Part shown: positions 1-14,027 of the stretch, piece by piece | Numbering within the stretch: position 1 is the stretch's first letter | Layout: each line of letters starts with the position of its first letter | Source: Chloroflexota bacterium | GTDB taxonomy: Bacteria > Chloroflexota > Anaerolineae > DTLA01 | Direction of reading: 5' to 3' | Assembly (NCBI GenBank): GCA_014874485.1 | Contig: JADBJK010000055.1 | Location: forward strand, 10,243-74,242 | DNA: 64,000 nt | Notes under the pieces: model-generated | Seen by the model: the letters and a program-made list of their open reading frames with translations, nothing else | The model's database searches: none | What the model was told of the DNA's origin: nothing | Position numbers and translations under genes: made by a program

Positions 1-1
1 C

Positions 2-1474
<1,473 letters not shown>

Positions 1475-1539
1475 CGGCGGCGGGAATCGGGGATACAAGG
1501 CAACCACGAATGGGCGCGAAGGCGATGTGGCACCCCGGA

Positions 1540-2000
1540 GATTGCTTCGGGCGCTTCGCGCCCTCGCAATGACATCCCATCTGTCCTTGCGAGCGAAGCG
1601 AAGCATCTCGGTCGGCGAGATTCTTCGGCGCTTCGCGCCTCAGAATGACAGTCTGGCTCTGTCATTGCGAGCGAAGCGAAGCATCTCGGTCGGCGAGATT
1701 CTTCGGCGCTTCGCGCCTCAGAATGACAGTCTGGCTCTGTCATTGCGAGCGAAGCGAAGCATCTCGGTCGGCGAGATTCTTCGGCGCTCCGCGCCTCAGA
1801 ATGACAGTCTGGCTCTGTCATTGCGAGCGAAGCGAAGCATCTCGGTCGGCGAGATTCTTCGGCGCTCCGCGCCTCAGAATGACAGTCTGGCTCTGTCATT
1901 GCGAGCGAAGCGAAGCATCTCGGTCGGCGAGATTCTTCGCGGCTTCGCCGCTCAGAATGACAGGGCGGGGGGCTGTCATTGCGAGCGAAGCGAAGCAATC
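1540..2000. repeat. Tandem array of 78-bp palindromic (REP/BIME-like) units GTCATTGCGAGCGAAGCGAAGC...CAGAATGAC
   Basis: Near-identical units start at 1583, 1661, 1739, 1817 and 1895, with a partial unit at 1975; located between convergent gyrB and the sigma factor gene. Confidence 0.95.
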
Positions 2001-2061
2001 CCCACGTGCCTTCTCACGCCATGCTTCGCGGCTCAAACGGCAGGGGCCAGCCCTACGCGTA

Positions 2062-3156
2062 CTACCGCAGGTAGTCCCGCAGTTTGCTGCTGCGGCGGGG
2101 ATGGCGCAGCCGCGTGAGCGCCTGGGCCTCTCTCTGGCGGATGCGCTCGCGGGTGAGGCCGAACTTGCGCCCCACCTCCTCCAGCGTGTGCGTCTGCCCG
2201 TCCACCAGGCCGAAGCGCATCTGCAGAATCCGCACCTCGCGCTGGCTGAGGGCGCACATGAGTTCCTCCAGTTGCTCGCGGAGGAGGGAGCGCGAGGCCG
2301 CCGTGCTGGGGCTGACCGACGTCTCGTCCTTGATGAACTCGCCCAACTCGCTGTCGCCGTCCTCCCCGACGGGGGCCTCCAGCGACAGGATGCGCGTGGC
2401 CGCCTTCATGATGCGGCGCACCTTGTCCTCGGGCAGGTTCAGGCGCTCGGCCAGTTCTTCGTGCGTCGGCTCGCGTCCCAGTTCCTGCGCCATGTCCTGC
2501 GACATGCGGGCCACGCGGGCGATCTGGTCGTGCATGTGGATGGGGACGCGGATGGTGCGGCTCTGGTCGGCCACCGCGCGGGCCACCGCCTGGCGAATCC
2601 ACCACGTGGCGTAGGTGCTGAACTTGTAGCCGCGGCGATAGTCAAACTTCTTGACCGCGCGAATGAGGCCGATGTTGCCCTCCTGAATCAGGTCCAGGAA
2701 TGGCACTCCCCTGCCGATGTACTTCTTGGCGATGCTGACGACAAGGCGCGAGTTGGCGCGGATGAGGTGATCGCGGGCCTCCTCCCCTTCACGGACCCAG
2801 GCCTCCAGTCGCTCGCGGCGCGCGGGCGAGAGATTGGGCTGTTCCAGCATGCGCCGCGCCTTCTGCCCGCGCTCCATGCGCTTGGCGAGGGCCACCTCAT
2901 CCTCGGCGGTGAGCAGGGGCACGCGGCCAATCTCCCGCAAGTACAGGTTGATCGGATCGCTCACGTCGGCGGGCGATTCGTCAATCTCCGGGTACTCTCC
3001 CGCGTCCAGGTCGGGGACATCGTCGTCGGCCAGCGCTTCCATGGCAGGCCAAGGGGCTTCGTCGTCAAGGGGACAGAGGGCAAAATCCTCTTCCGGTTCG
3101 GTGAATGCAGCAACCTCGTCGTCCGTCTCGCCGATTGGTAGGCGGTTAAGGTTCAA
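2062..3156 (-). CDS. RpoD/SigA-family sigma-70 factor (possibly a paralog)
   Basis: [11 protein letters not shown] (region 1.2), [10 protein letters not shown] and [13 protein letters not shown] (region 2), [18 protein letters not shown] (region 4); TTG start preceded by GAGGAGG. Confidence 0.93.
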   Translation of the reverse strand: MNLNRLPIGETDDEVAAFTEPEEDFALCPLDDEAPWPAMEALADDDVPDLDAGEYPEIDESPADVSDPINLYLREIGRVPLLTAEDEVALAKRMERGQKARRMLEQPNLSPARRERLEAWVREGEEARDHLIRANSRLVVSIAKKYIGRGVPFLDLIQEGNIGLIRAVKKFDYRRGYKFSTYATWWIRQAVARAVADQSRTIRVPIHMHDQIARVARMSQDMAQELGREPTHEELAERLNLPEDKVRRIMKAATRILSLEAPVGEDGDSELGEFIKDETSVSPSTAASRSLLREQLEELMCALSQREVRILQMRFGLVDGQTHTLEEVGRKFGLTRERIRQREAQALTRLRHPRRSSKLRDYLR

Positions 3157-3630
3157 GTTGCCTCCTCACTCTATGATCCATCTATAAAACGTGCGAACGT
3201 GCGATCCAGTTCCGATGAGACCGATAGGCTCACTACCACCGAGCGTTCCCAAACCCTTCTCATTATTATACCACAGTTTTCGTAAAATGGCACAATGAAT
3301 TTTCGCGTAGATTCGGTTTTGCCCCTTGTCGGTGGGGCGGGCCACGCGGCCTGCGCGAACCATCGTCCTGGGGGCGAAGCATCTCGGACGGGAACTGCGC
3401 CCTGCGCCGCTTCGTGCAGATTCGGGGTCTTCGCGTATGAAACCTTCACCTTCATTCGCGCAGGTCCGTCGGCCCGCGCGGCTCCGCGTTTCTTCGCCGC
3501 GTCGCGGTTGAGGACGACCGTGCCACCGGCAAACTGGGGTGGGCGTGTTCAATCAGGCCCGCCCCCACATCCCCCTTTGGCGCGCCCTGTGGTATAATGC
3601 GCCAACACCCACGAAAGGACATCCAAGCGA

Positions 3631-4125
3631 ATGGACGAAGACCGGACAAAGCCCGAAGTCGCCATCGCCGAGTTGCTCGTGCAGCGGCGGCTGACCTTGG
3701 CCGTGGCCGAATCGTGCACGGGCGGCCTTATCTGCCACCGCATCACCAACGTGCCGGGGAGTTCGCGCTATCTGGAGGGCGGCGTCGTGGCCTACTCCTA
3801 CGCGGCGAAGGAACGCATCCTGGGCGTGGATCACGACACGCTGTACGAGCACGGGGCGGTGAGCGAGGAGACGGCGCGCGAGATGGCCGACAACGTCCGG
3901 CGCGCGTTCGGCACGGACATCGGCCTGGCGGTTACGGGCATCGCCGGGCCGACGGGCGGGCTTCCGGGCAAGCCGGTGGGGCTGGTGTACATCGCGCTGT
4001 CGGCGCGGGGGTTCTCGCAGTGCGTGCGGCACGTGTGGCCCTTTGACCGCGAGGGCAACAAGGCGGCCTCCGCGGAAGCCGCCCTGCAGATGCTGCTGAC
4101 GTACCTGCGGAACCTGGACAGGTAG
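3631..4125 (+). CDS. CinA C-terminal domain protein / NMN deamidase (PncC-like)
   Basis: AESCTGG, HGAVS, TGIAGPTGG, KPVGLVYI motifs; upstream TGTGGTATAAT at 3588-3598. Confidence 0.9.
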   Translation: MDEDRTKPEVAIAELLVQRRLTLAVAESCTGGLICHRITNVPGSSRYLEGGVVAYSYAAKERILGVDHDTLYEHGAVSEETAREMADNVRRAFGTDIGLAVTGIAGPTGGLPGKPVGLVYIALSARGFSQCVRHVWPFDREGNKAASAEAALQMLLTYLRNLDR

Positions 4126-4134
4126 CGCGGCCCG

Positions 4135-4539
4135 CTACTTGCCCGCGCGTTCGGCCTTTTCGCGCACCTTCTGCCCGAAGCGCTGCACGTCTATGATCGC
4201 GCGGGTGTGGGTGCCCTCGCCGATCTTCTCCTGCTCGTCCCACGCTTCCACGCGGAACACCAGTTTGCGGCCGTCCACCTGCACCAGTTCGGACTTGGCC
4301 GTAACCGTCATGCCGACCGGCGTGGCCGCCAGGTGGCGCACGTCCAGGCCGATGCCTACCGTCCGGTGCCCTTCGGGCAACAGGTGGTCCACCGCCTTGA
4401 CGGAGGCGATCTCCATCAGCAGGATCATCTGCGGCGTGGCGAACACGTGAACGTTGCCGCTGCCCAGGTGCTTGGCCGTATGTTCAGGCCCCACCACGAG
4501 ACTCACCGTGCCCGTGAGGCCGGGCGTGAGTTGTTCCAT
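4135..4539 (-). CDS. Hot-dog thioesterase, FlK-like
   Basis: GSG..VFATP..I.LME, VRHLAATPVG, GEGTHTR; ATG at 4539 with SD. Confidence 0.88.
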   Translation of the reverse strand: MEQLTPGLTGTVSLVVGPEHTAKHLGSGNVHVFATPQMILLMEIASVKAVDHLLPEGHRTVGIGLDVRHLAATPVGMTVTAKSELVQVDGRKLVFRVEAWDEQEKIGEGTHTRAIIDVQRFGQKVREKAERAGK

Positions 4540-4622
4540 CGGGTTCCCTCCTTGCGTGCGGTGTCTTCGGGCATGAAAAGAGCCAGGCACGGACGTCCTG
4601 GCTCGCCGGGTGTGCGCGTCGC

Positions 4623-6458
<1,836 letters not shown>

Positions 6459-6774
6459 CCTCTATCCTCCGTATTTCACCCGCCTCTGTGAGGCGCCTCT
6501 AAATCCATCACTCAACGGACGGCCCGCTTTGTCCCCGTCCATATTCCATTCCATTTCCAACTTTATATTATACCAGACTTTGCCCGTGCACACCAAAAAG
6601 CCCGCCGCGGGTTCATCTGTTGTTGCCAGGTCGCACGCCGCCCGTCGTGCCTGATTGCGAGCGGAGCAGCCTGTGCGCTCCGCGCGTCAGAACGACAGGA
6701 CGGGCAGGAGCGCCCTGGATAGCCCCGCCCTTCTGTTGCGACGTCCTGCGAAGCGCGTCGCAATTGCCCCCTCT

Positions 6775-6998
6775 GGTGCATTTCAATTTGGGGGTGAGGC
6801 TGTTGCCATGGGCAGCCTCTTTTCCCCTGACGTAGAGCGATGGATCTGCTTGACCTCACCTAACCCCTCCCGCACCCTCCCCTTTCCTCTCCGCGGGCGG
6901 AGAGGAAAGGGGAGGGCCGGGGTTGGGGATAGGTGAGGTAGATTCCGCTCGGCAACCTAACGATGCTTGGTCATTCCGCCCCAAAATTGAAATACACC
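6775..6998. mobile_element. MITE-like element (~225 bp), copy 1, with terminal inverted repeats and a central hairpin
   Basis: Left end GGTGCATTTCAATTTGGGG, right end CCCCAAAATTGAAATACACC; core CCCTCCCCTTTCCTCTCCGC...GCGGAGAGGAAAGGGGAGGG; second copy at 29269-29495. Confidence 0.75.
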
Positions 6999-7065
6999 CG
7001 CCCCCTCTGGCGGTCTCCAGCAAAGCGTGGAACTGAGCGACACAACCTGCATTCTGGGTCCGCTT

Positions 7066-7094
7066 TTGACACGCGGCGCGTTCTATGCTATGCT
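7066..7094 (+). promoter_or_regulatory. Sigma-70 promoter of the T-box/proS transcript
   Basis: TTGACA (7066), 17 nt, TATGCT (7089) with upstream TG. Confidence 0.7.
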
Positions 7095-7118
7095 TTGGCC
7101 AACAACACGATACGCAAG

Positions 7119-7451
7119 GCGACGAACGGGAACAGTAGGCGGCCCGCAAAGGCCCCAGCGAGCCGGAACGGTGAAAGCCGGCGCCCGCGCACCGCCGAAC
7201 CCGCCCGGGAGCCAGCGGCGAAAAGGCCCGCCCGATAAGCCGCTTCGGGTTCCGCCCGTTACCGCGGAGCGGTCTGGCGCTTTCCGTCATTGCCGATGAG
7301 CGCACCGACGAAGAACCTCGCGGCAGAGGATTCTTCGCTCCGCTCGGAATGACAATGACCGGAGGCAGACCGGCTGAGCGGCCGATGCCTCGGCCAGCAA
7401 GGTGGTACCACGGGGTCATCCGCCTCGTCCTTGTAGGACGGGGCGTTTTTG
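7119..7451 (+). promoter_or_regulatory. T-box riboswitch, proline specifier (CCC)
   Basis: Stem I with AGTA, AGCGAG and GGTGAAA elements; specifier loop GAA-CCC-G (CCC at 7200-7202); CCGTTA box; T-box AAGGTGGTACCACGG at ~7399; terminator CGCCTCGTCCT-TGT-AGGACGGGGCG-TTTTT; directly upstream of proS. Confidence 0.9.
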
Positions 7452-7461
7452 TTGAACGACG

Positions 7462-8987
<1,526 letters not shown>

Positions 8988-9252
8988 CCGCTAGGCGGTG
9001 ATGCCTCGCCGCGGAGCGCTGAGATTCGCACCGTACGCCGAACGTGGACATGCCCCCGACCCAGCGCCCTCGCGAAGGGACAAGGTGCGGGGCCGCGCAT
9101 GGGGCGGGGGCGAAGCGAACCAACCCCTGACCGCGGGGACTGCCCTGCGGCATTCGGCGCGCAGGCCCGGAGGGCTTCCCTTCCGGGCCTGGCAAGACCG
9201 TTCTCTTGTTGGGCCGGCGTGCGACGGTGCAGGCCGGGCCCCGGCCGCAAAC

Positions 9253-10347
9253 CTACGCCGCCGCGGGCGCGGGGGCGAACATCCGCTTCCTCAGCGCAAA
9301 CGCCACGTTCACCAGGCCGATCATCACCGGCACCTCAATCAGCGGGCCGATGACGGCGGCGAAGGCCGCGCCCGACTCAATCCCGAAGACCGCCACGGCC
9401 ACCGCGATGGCCAGTTCAAAGTTGTTGCTGGCGGCGGTGAAGGCCAGCGTCGTCGTCTTGCGGTAGTCCGCGCCGATCTTGTGCCCCATCCAGAAACTGA
9501 CCAGGAACATGATCACGAAGTAGAAGACCAGCGGGATCGCGATGCGCACCACGTCCAGCGGGATGGTAACGATGAGGTTCCCCTTCAGGCTGAACATCAC
9601 CACGATGGTGAACAGGAGCGCGCCCAGCGTCATCGGGCTGATGCGCGGCACGAACTGGGTCTCGTACCATTCGCGGCCCTTGGCCCGCATGAGGATGAGG
9701 CGGGTGAGGAACCCGGCGATGAACGGGATGCCCAGGTAGATGAACACGCTCTTGGCGATTTCGCCGATGGTAACGTGCACCACCGTGCCCTGCAGGCCGA
9801 ACCACCCGGGCAGCACGGTGATGAACACGTAGGCGTACACGCTATAGAAGAAGACCTGGAACAGGCTGTTGAACGCCACCAGGCCCGCAGCGTACTCCGT
9901 ATCGCCGTGCGCCAGTTCGTTCCACACGATGACCATCGCGATGCAGCGCGCCAGGCCGATCATGATGAGGCCGGCCATGTATTCGGGATAGGCGCGCAGG
10001 AACACGATGGCGAGGATGAACATGAGGATGGGGCCGATGATCCAGTTCTGCAATAGCGAGAACCCCAGGATCTTCCAGTTGCGGAACACGTCCCCCAGTT
10101 CCTCGTAGTGCACCTTCGCCAGCGGCGGGTACATCATGAGGATTAGCCCGATGGCGATGGGGATGTTGGTTGTGCCCACCGACACGGCCTTGTTGAAGGA
10201 CTGCACGGCGGCGGGGAACAGGTATCCCAGGCCCACGCCCACCGCCATCGCCAGGAAAATCCACAGGGTCAGGAAGCGGTCCAGAACCGACAGTTTTGCG
10301 ACCACACGCGGGGCCGCCGTTGGTGCTGCTGAGACGTTTTCTGCCAT
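9253..10347 (-). CDS. acr3: Acr3 arsenite efflux transporter
   Basis: [50 protein letters not shown]. Confidence 0.95.
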   Translation of the reverse strand: MAENVSAAPTAAPRVVAKLSVLDRFLTLWIFLAMAVGVGLGYLFPAAVQSFNKAVSVGTTNIPIAIGLILMMYPPLAKVHYEELGDVFRNWKILGFSLLQNWIIGPILMFILAIVFLRAYPEYMAGLIMIGLARCIAMVIVWNELAHGDTEYAAGLVAFNSLFQVFFYSVYAYVFITVLPGWFGLQGTVVHVTIGEIAKSVFIYLGIPFIAGFLTRLILMRAKGREWYETQFVPRISPMTLGALLFTIVVMFSLKGNLIVTIPLDVVRIAIPLVFYFVIMFLVSFWMGHKIGADYRKTTTLAFTAASNNFELAIAVAVAVFGIESGAAFAAVIGPLIEVPVMIGLVNVAFALRKRMFAPAPAAA

Positions 10348-10440
10348 TTGCCTCTCTCCTTGCGTGATATGGGTTGCTTTCCAGGGCAACGCAATCTTCC
10401 GACATGAGCGGAAGCGACCGACAGGAGCGCCGGCCCGGGA

Positions 10441-10683
10441 CTATCCCTCGGCCTCCTTGAGCCAGGCGATGATCTCCTCCTTGCGAGGGATGCGCCCCGA
10501 CGACTTCACCCGGCCGTTGATCACCAGCCCAGGGGTTCCGAGAATCGGGTAGGTCATGATCTCCGCGATGTCGGTTACTTTGACAAACTCGGCCTGGACG
10601 CCGGCTTCCTGCGCGGCCTCGCGGGCCACGCGCTCCAGGCGCAGGCAGTTGGGGCACCCCGTGCCCAGGATTCGGATTTCCAT
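10441..10683 (-). CDS. Small redox-active disulfide protein (MTH895/TM0996-like thioredoxin)
   Basis: 80 aa, ILGTGCPNC ... TPGLVING ... GRIP. Confidence 0.9.
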   Translation of the reverse strand: MEIRILGTGCPNCLRLERVAREAAQEAGVQAEFVKVTDIAEIMTYPILGTPGLVINGRVKSSGRIPRKEEIIAWLKEAEG

Positions 10684-10712
10684 AGAATCATTACCTCCAT
10701 CAAGTGTTGTGA

Positions 10713-12185
10713 TTACTCGCTCGCGTGGGCCGTCGCTGTAACGCGGCGGTTGCGGCGGTCAATCAAGGCCAGCGCCAGCGCCAGCACCCCAATGCTCGCA
10801 ACCAGATACCCCAGCAACACCAGCGCGCTGGCACCGTCCACCCATGCGCCGTAGATGAGCCCAGACAGCGTGCTGAACAGCGCAACCAGCGCCACGTAGG
10901 TCCAGGCTTTCTTCTTGCCGATAATTTTGGACGTGATGAGAATGCTCTGGAGCGAGAGTTCCGGGTCGGCCATCAGGTAGGCGAGGAGCGGACCGCGGTG
11001 CATTCCCAGGTCCAGGAACATCTTGGCGATGGGCACTTCCACCAGCGTGGGGAAGTACATGAACACGCCGAAGACCACACCCGCGAAGGCGCCCAGGAAG
11101 GTGTTCCGGCCGGCCAGCGTCTGAATCCACTCAGGCTGGATAATGCGGCGGACCATGCCGACGACGAACACGCCCACGATGAGGAGCGGGAATATCTGCT
11201 GCACAAAGCGCCACGTCTCCCAGAGCCACTCCTGGATATCGTAGGGGTCAAAGGCTTTCCAAGCGACGACGCCAATGGCGATCATAGTCAGCGCAACGCC
11301 GAACATCTTGCCCGTGAGCAGGATGTCCAGCCCCCCGGCGTGAGGAACCCAGCCAGCAGCAGCCACGATGAACGTGAGGGCAATGAGGCCCAGCGACACC
11401 CACGTCCACCGGTTGAAGCCCTGGTCCACCTTGCCCAGGCCGCGCCAGGCGGTCAGCCCGATGAGCGCCAGCAGGCCGATAAGGATTGCCCCCTGCGCCG
11501 AGACGCCCTCCTCGCCCTTCGCGGCGTCAAAAGGCACCAGTTGGTACAGGAAGTCCTGGAAACGATCCATGCCGCTGATGGGAAGCGTGATGGTCGCGTA
11601 GGAGTTGGTGAACAGGCCAACCTTCAGCGTACCAGCGATGAGCAGCGCGACCAACAGCAACAGGAAGATGAGCGTCTTGCGATGCAGCGTGGTCTTTACA
11701 TCCATCCCGTTGGTCTCCAGGTCGTGCTGGGCATCGTCCTTGCGGAAGATGAGCGCCATGATCAGGCCGATACCGATGCCGAAGGTAACGGACAGGATGA
11801 TGCGGGCCAGCGCGATGTCGCCGCCAATCGCCACGCCGGTATAGGCCAGGGCCAGGATGTTGCCCGCCGGCGCGAAGAACAGGAACGTCATGGCTGGGCC
11901 CAACCCCGCGCCCTTGCGGTAGATGCCCGCGAATAGCGGCACGATGGTGCAGGAGCACACGGCGAGGACGCTCCCCGCGAGCGCCGCGGCGGGGTAGGAA
12001 ATGTACTTTGGGGTATTCCGGCCCAAAAAGCGCGTGATGGCTTCCTTGGGGACAAGGGCCGTGAGCGCGCCCGCGATGAAAAACGCGGGCAGAAGGCACA
12101 ACAGTACGTGGGCCGCGAGGTACGACGCCAGATTCCCCAGGCCCGACTGCAACAGGTACACGATGTAGTTCAGCGCTTCGGACAC
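10713..12185 (-). CDS. DUF318/ArsP-family permease
   Basis: LLCLLPAFFIAG, LAVCSCT..PLFAGIY, MYFPTLVEVPI, GPLLAYL; GTG start at 12185 with GGAGG SD. Confidence 0.85.
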   Translation of the reverse strand: MSEALNYIVYLLQSGLGNLASYLAAHVLLCLLPAFFIAGALTALVPKEAITRFLGRNTPKYISYPAAALAGSVLAVCSCTIVPLFAGIYRKGAGLGPAMTFLFFAPAGNILALAYTGVAIGGDIALARIILSVTFGIGIGLIMALIFRKDDAQHDLETNGMDVKTTLHRKTLIFLLLLVALLIAGTLKVGLFTNSYATITLPISGMDRFQDFLYQLVPFDAAKGEEGVSAQGAILIGLLALIGLTAWRGLGKVDQGFNRWTWVSLGLIALTFIVAAAGWVPHAGGLDILLTGKMFGVALTMIAIGVVAWKAFDPYDIQEWLWETWRFVQQIFPLLIVGVFVVGMVRRIIQPEWIQTLAGRNTFLGAFAGVVFGVFMYFPTLVEVPIAKMFLDLGMHRGPLLAYLMADPELSLQSILITSKIIGKKKAWTYVALVALFSTLSGLIYGAWVDGASALVLLGYLVASIGVLALALALIDRRNRRVTATAHASE

Positions 12186-12260
12186 GAAAGCCTCCCGGAG
12201 TTCTGCGAATGATCCGATGGCGGCAGGCTGCCTGCGATGGGTACCTGGCCGGTGTGAATC

Positions 12261-12304
12261 ATTCAGTTTTCTGAATATTTTATGCGGGCCAGTGGATTTG
12301 TCAA
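12261..12304 (-). promoter_or_regulatory. Promoter of the ars cassette with an adjacent palindromic operator (ArsR-type, putative)
   Basis: Minus strand TTGACA, 16 nt, TAAAAT, immediately followed by the perfect inverted repeat ATTCAG-AAAA-CTGAAT (12261-12276). Confidence 0.7.
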
Positions 12305-12322
12305 ATTCGCGCCCTGCGCGCG

Positions 12323-12351
12323 TTGCCAATCTGCGAGACCTGGTGTATACT
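12323..12351 (+). promoter_or_regulatory. Putative dnaN promoter
   Basis: TTGCCA, 17 nt, TATACT. Confidence 0.55.
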
Positions 12352-12393
12352 GGGACTCGCAACGAAATGTACAGCATGAAGGAGGGCGCGTCC

Positions 12394-13527
12394 ATGAAAG
12401 TCTCCTGTCTGCAGGACAATCTTGCGAAGGGCCTGTCCATCGTTCAGCGCGCGGTCCCAAGCCGCTCCTCTCTCCCCATCCTGGGCACCATTCTGGTTGC
12501 GACCGACGGCCCCCGCCTGAAGTTGGCGGCCACCAATCTGGAGATCGGCATCAACTGCTGGATCGGCGCCAAGGTGGAGGACGAGGGAGCCGTGGCCATT
12601 CCCGCGCGCCTTCTGGTGGATTTCGTCAACTCGCTGCCTCCTGAGCGCATAGAGATGGACCTGAACGTGCGCACCAACACCCTGCACCTGAAGTGCGCCC
12701 GCTTTGAAGCCAACATGAACGGCATGGACCCCTCGGACTTTCCGGTCATCCCCGCGCCGGAGGAGAACAACCGCGTGTCCATGGACGCGGATGTGCTCCG
12801 CGACGTGATACGTCAGGTTACCATCGCCGCCGCCACCGACGAGAGCCGCCCGGTGCTGACCGGCGTTTCGGTAACCGTGGAGGGCGGCCAGGCCACCTTC
12901 GCGGCCGCCGACGGGTTCCGCCTTTCGGTTCGCACCGCGCCACTTAAGGAGGCGGCTGCGGCCCCCATGACGTTCATCGTCCCGGCCCGCGCCCTGGACG
13001 AACTCGCACGCATCGCCACGGACCAGGAAGACCCCGTGGAGATGTGCATCCCCGAAGGGCGCAACCAAATCCTGTTCCACCTGAGCAGCGTGGATTTGGT
13101 CTCGCAACTGATAGAGGGCCGCTTCCCGGACTACAAGCAGATCATCCCGCGCGCCTTCACGACGCGCACGGTGATGAACACCGGCGAACTCCTGCAGGCT
13201 GTGAAGACGACGAACATCTACGCCCGTGAGGCTTCCAACATCGTGAAGTTGCGCATCGTCCCCGGCAATGACCTGGCGCCCGCGCACGTGGAACTGAACG
13301 CGACCGCGGCCCAGGTGGGCGACAACGTGGGCGAGGTGGACGCCACGGTGGAAGGCCAGGGCCTGGAGATCGCCTTCAACTCCCGCTACCTGATTGACGT
13401 GCTGTCCGTCATCTCGGAGGCGCAGGTGGCGCTGGAGACCACCACGCCGTCCAGCCCAGGGGTCATCCGCCCCGTGGGTTCCGGCGACTTCCTGCACGTG
13501 GTGATGCCCATGCACATCACGCAGTAG
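12394..13527 (+). CDS. dnaN: DNA polymerase III beta clamp
   Basis: ATNLEIGI, DESRPVLTG, AADGFRL, LIEGRFPDY, AFNSRYLID, VVMPM; SD GGAGG. Confidence 0.97.
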   Translation: MKVSCLQDNLAKGLSIVQRAVPSRSSLPILGTILVATDGPRLKLAATNLEIGINCWIGAKVEDEGAVAIPARLLVDFVNSLPPERIEMDLNVRTNTLHLKCARFEANMNGMDPSDFPVIPAPEENNRVSMDADVLRDVIRQVTIAAATDESRPVLTGVSVTVEGGQATFAAADGFRLSVRTAPLKEAAAAPMTFIVPARALDELARIATDQEDPVEMCIPEGRNQILFHLSSVDLVSQLIEGRFPDYKQIIPRAFTTRTVMNTGELLQAVKTTNIYAREASNIVKLRIVPGNDLAPAHVELNATAAQVGDNVGEVDATVEGQGLEIAFNSRYLIDVLSVISEAQVALETTTPSSPGVIRPVGSGDFLHVVMPMHITQ

Positions 13528-13533
13528 GCGGGA

Positions 13534-13866
13534 TTCACCGCAGAGAGCGCAGAGAGCGCAGAGGGGAAAAGAATATCGTCTCTCTGCGCTCTCTTTGTCC
13601 ATACGGCGCATCATACCGCGCCGCTTTTGTTTTGCCGCCCTCTGGTGCTATAATCCACAGCGGGTACGCGGAAATCGCCGCCGTTTCACCGCAGAGCACG
13701 CTGAGAGCGCAGAGGGGAAAAGAATATCGTCTCTCTGCGCTCTCTTTGTCCATACGGCGCATCATACCGCGCCGCTTTTGTTTTGCCGCCCTCTGGTGCT
13801 ATAATCCACAGCGGGTACGCGGAAATCGCCGCCGTTTCACCGCAGAGCACGCTGAGAGCGCAGAGG
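13534..13866. repeat. Direct tandem duplication (151-bp period, ~2.2 copies) containing a promoter-like TGCTATAAT
   Basis: 13534-13684 nearly identical to 13685-13835; each unit begins with TTCACCGCAGAG..GCAGAG. Confidence 0.92.
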
Positions 13867-14027
13867 ATAGGGCCTTTCGCCATGGCCTTTGGCCTCTGGC
13901 TCCTGGCAGCCGTCCAGAGCAACATGCGGATGGCGAAGGGCCAGCGGCTCTGGCTACCATCTCCGCGTTGTTGGCGCGCGGATCTTTCAGCGCGACCCAA
14001 CGGACAACGGTTCACGGAGAGGATGGT

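Noticed and set aside
1540..2000. CRISPR array (also considered for 34987-35451 and 13534-13866)
   Set aside because: No unique spacers, whole units are repeated, and there are no cas genes in the window.
9160..9200. SRP RNA-like motif GCCAGGCCCGGAAGGGAAGC on the minus strand
   Set aside because: Lacks the AGCA(G/A) half of the conserved loop and folds instead as a simple hairpin CAGGCCCGGA...TCCGGGCCTG between convergent genes.
13632..14027. Long N-terminal extensions in the ORF track (recF, dnaN, rsmG, DUF4139, MFS, permease)
   Set aside because: They run through repeats, promoters or neighbouring genes; downstream starts with SD sites match family N-termini.
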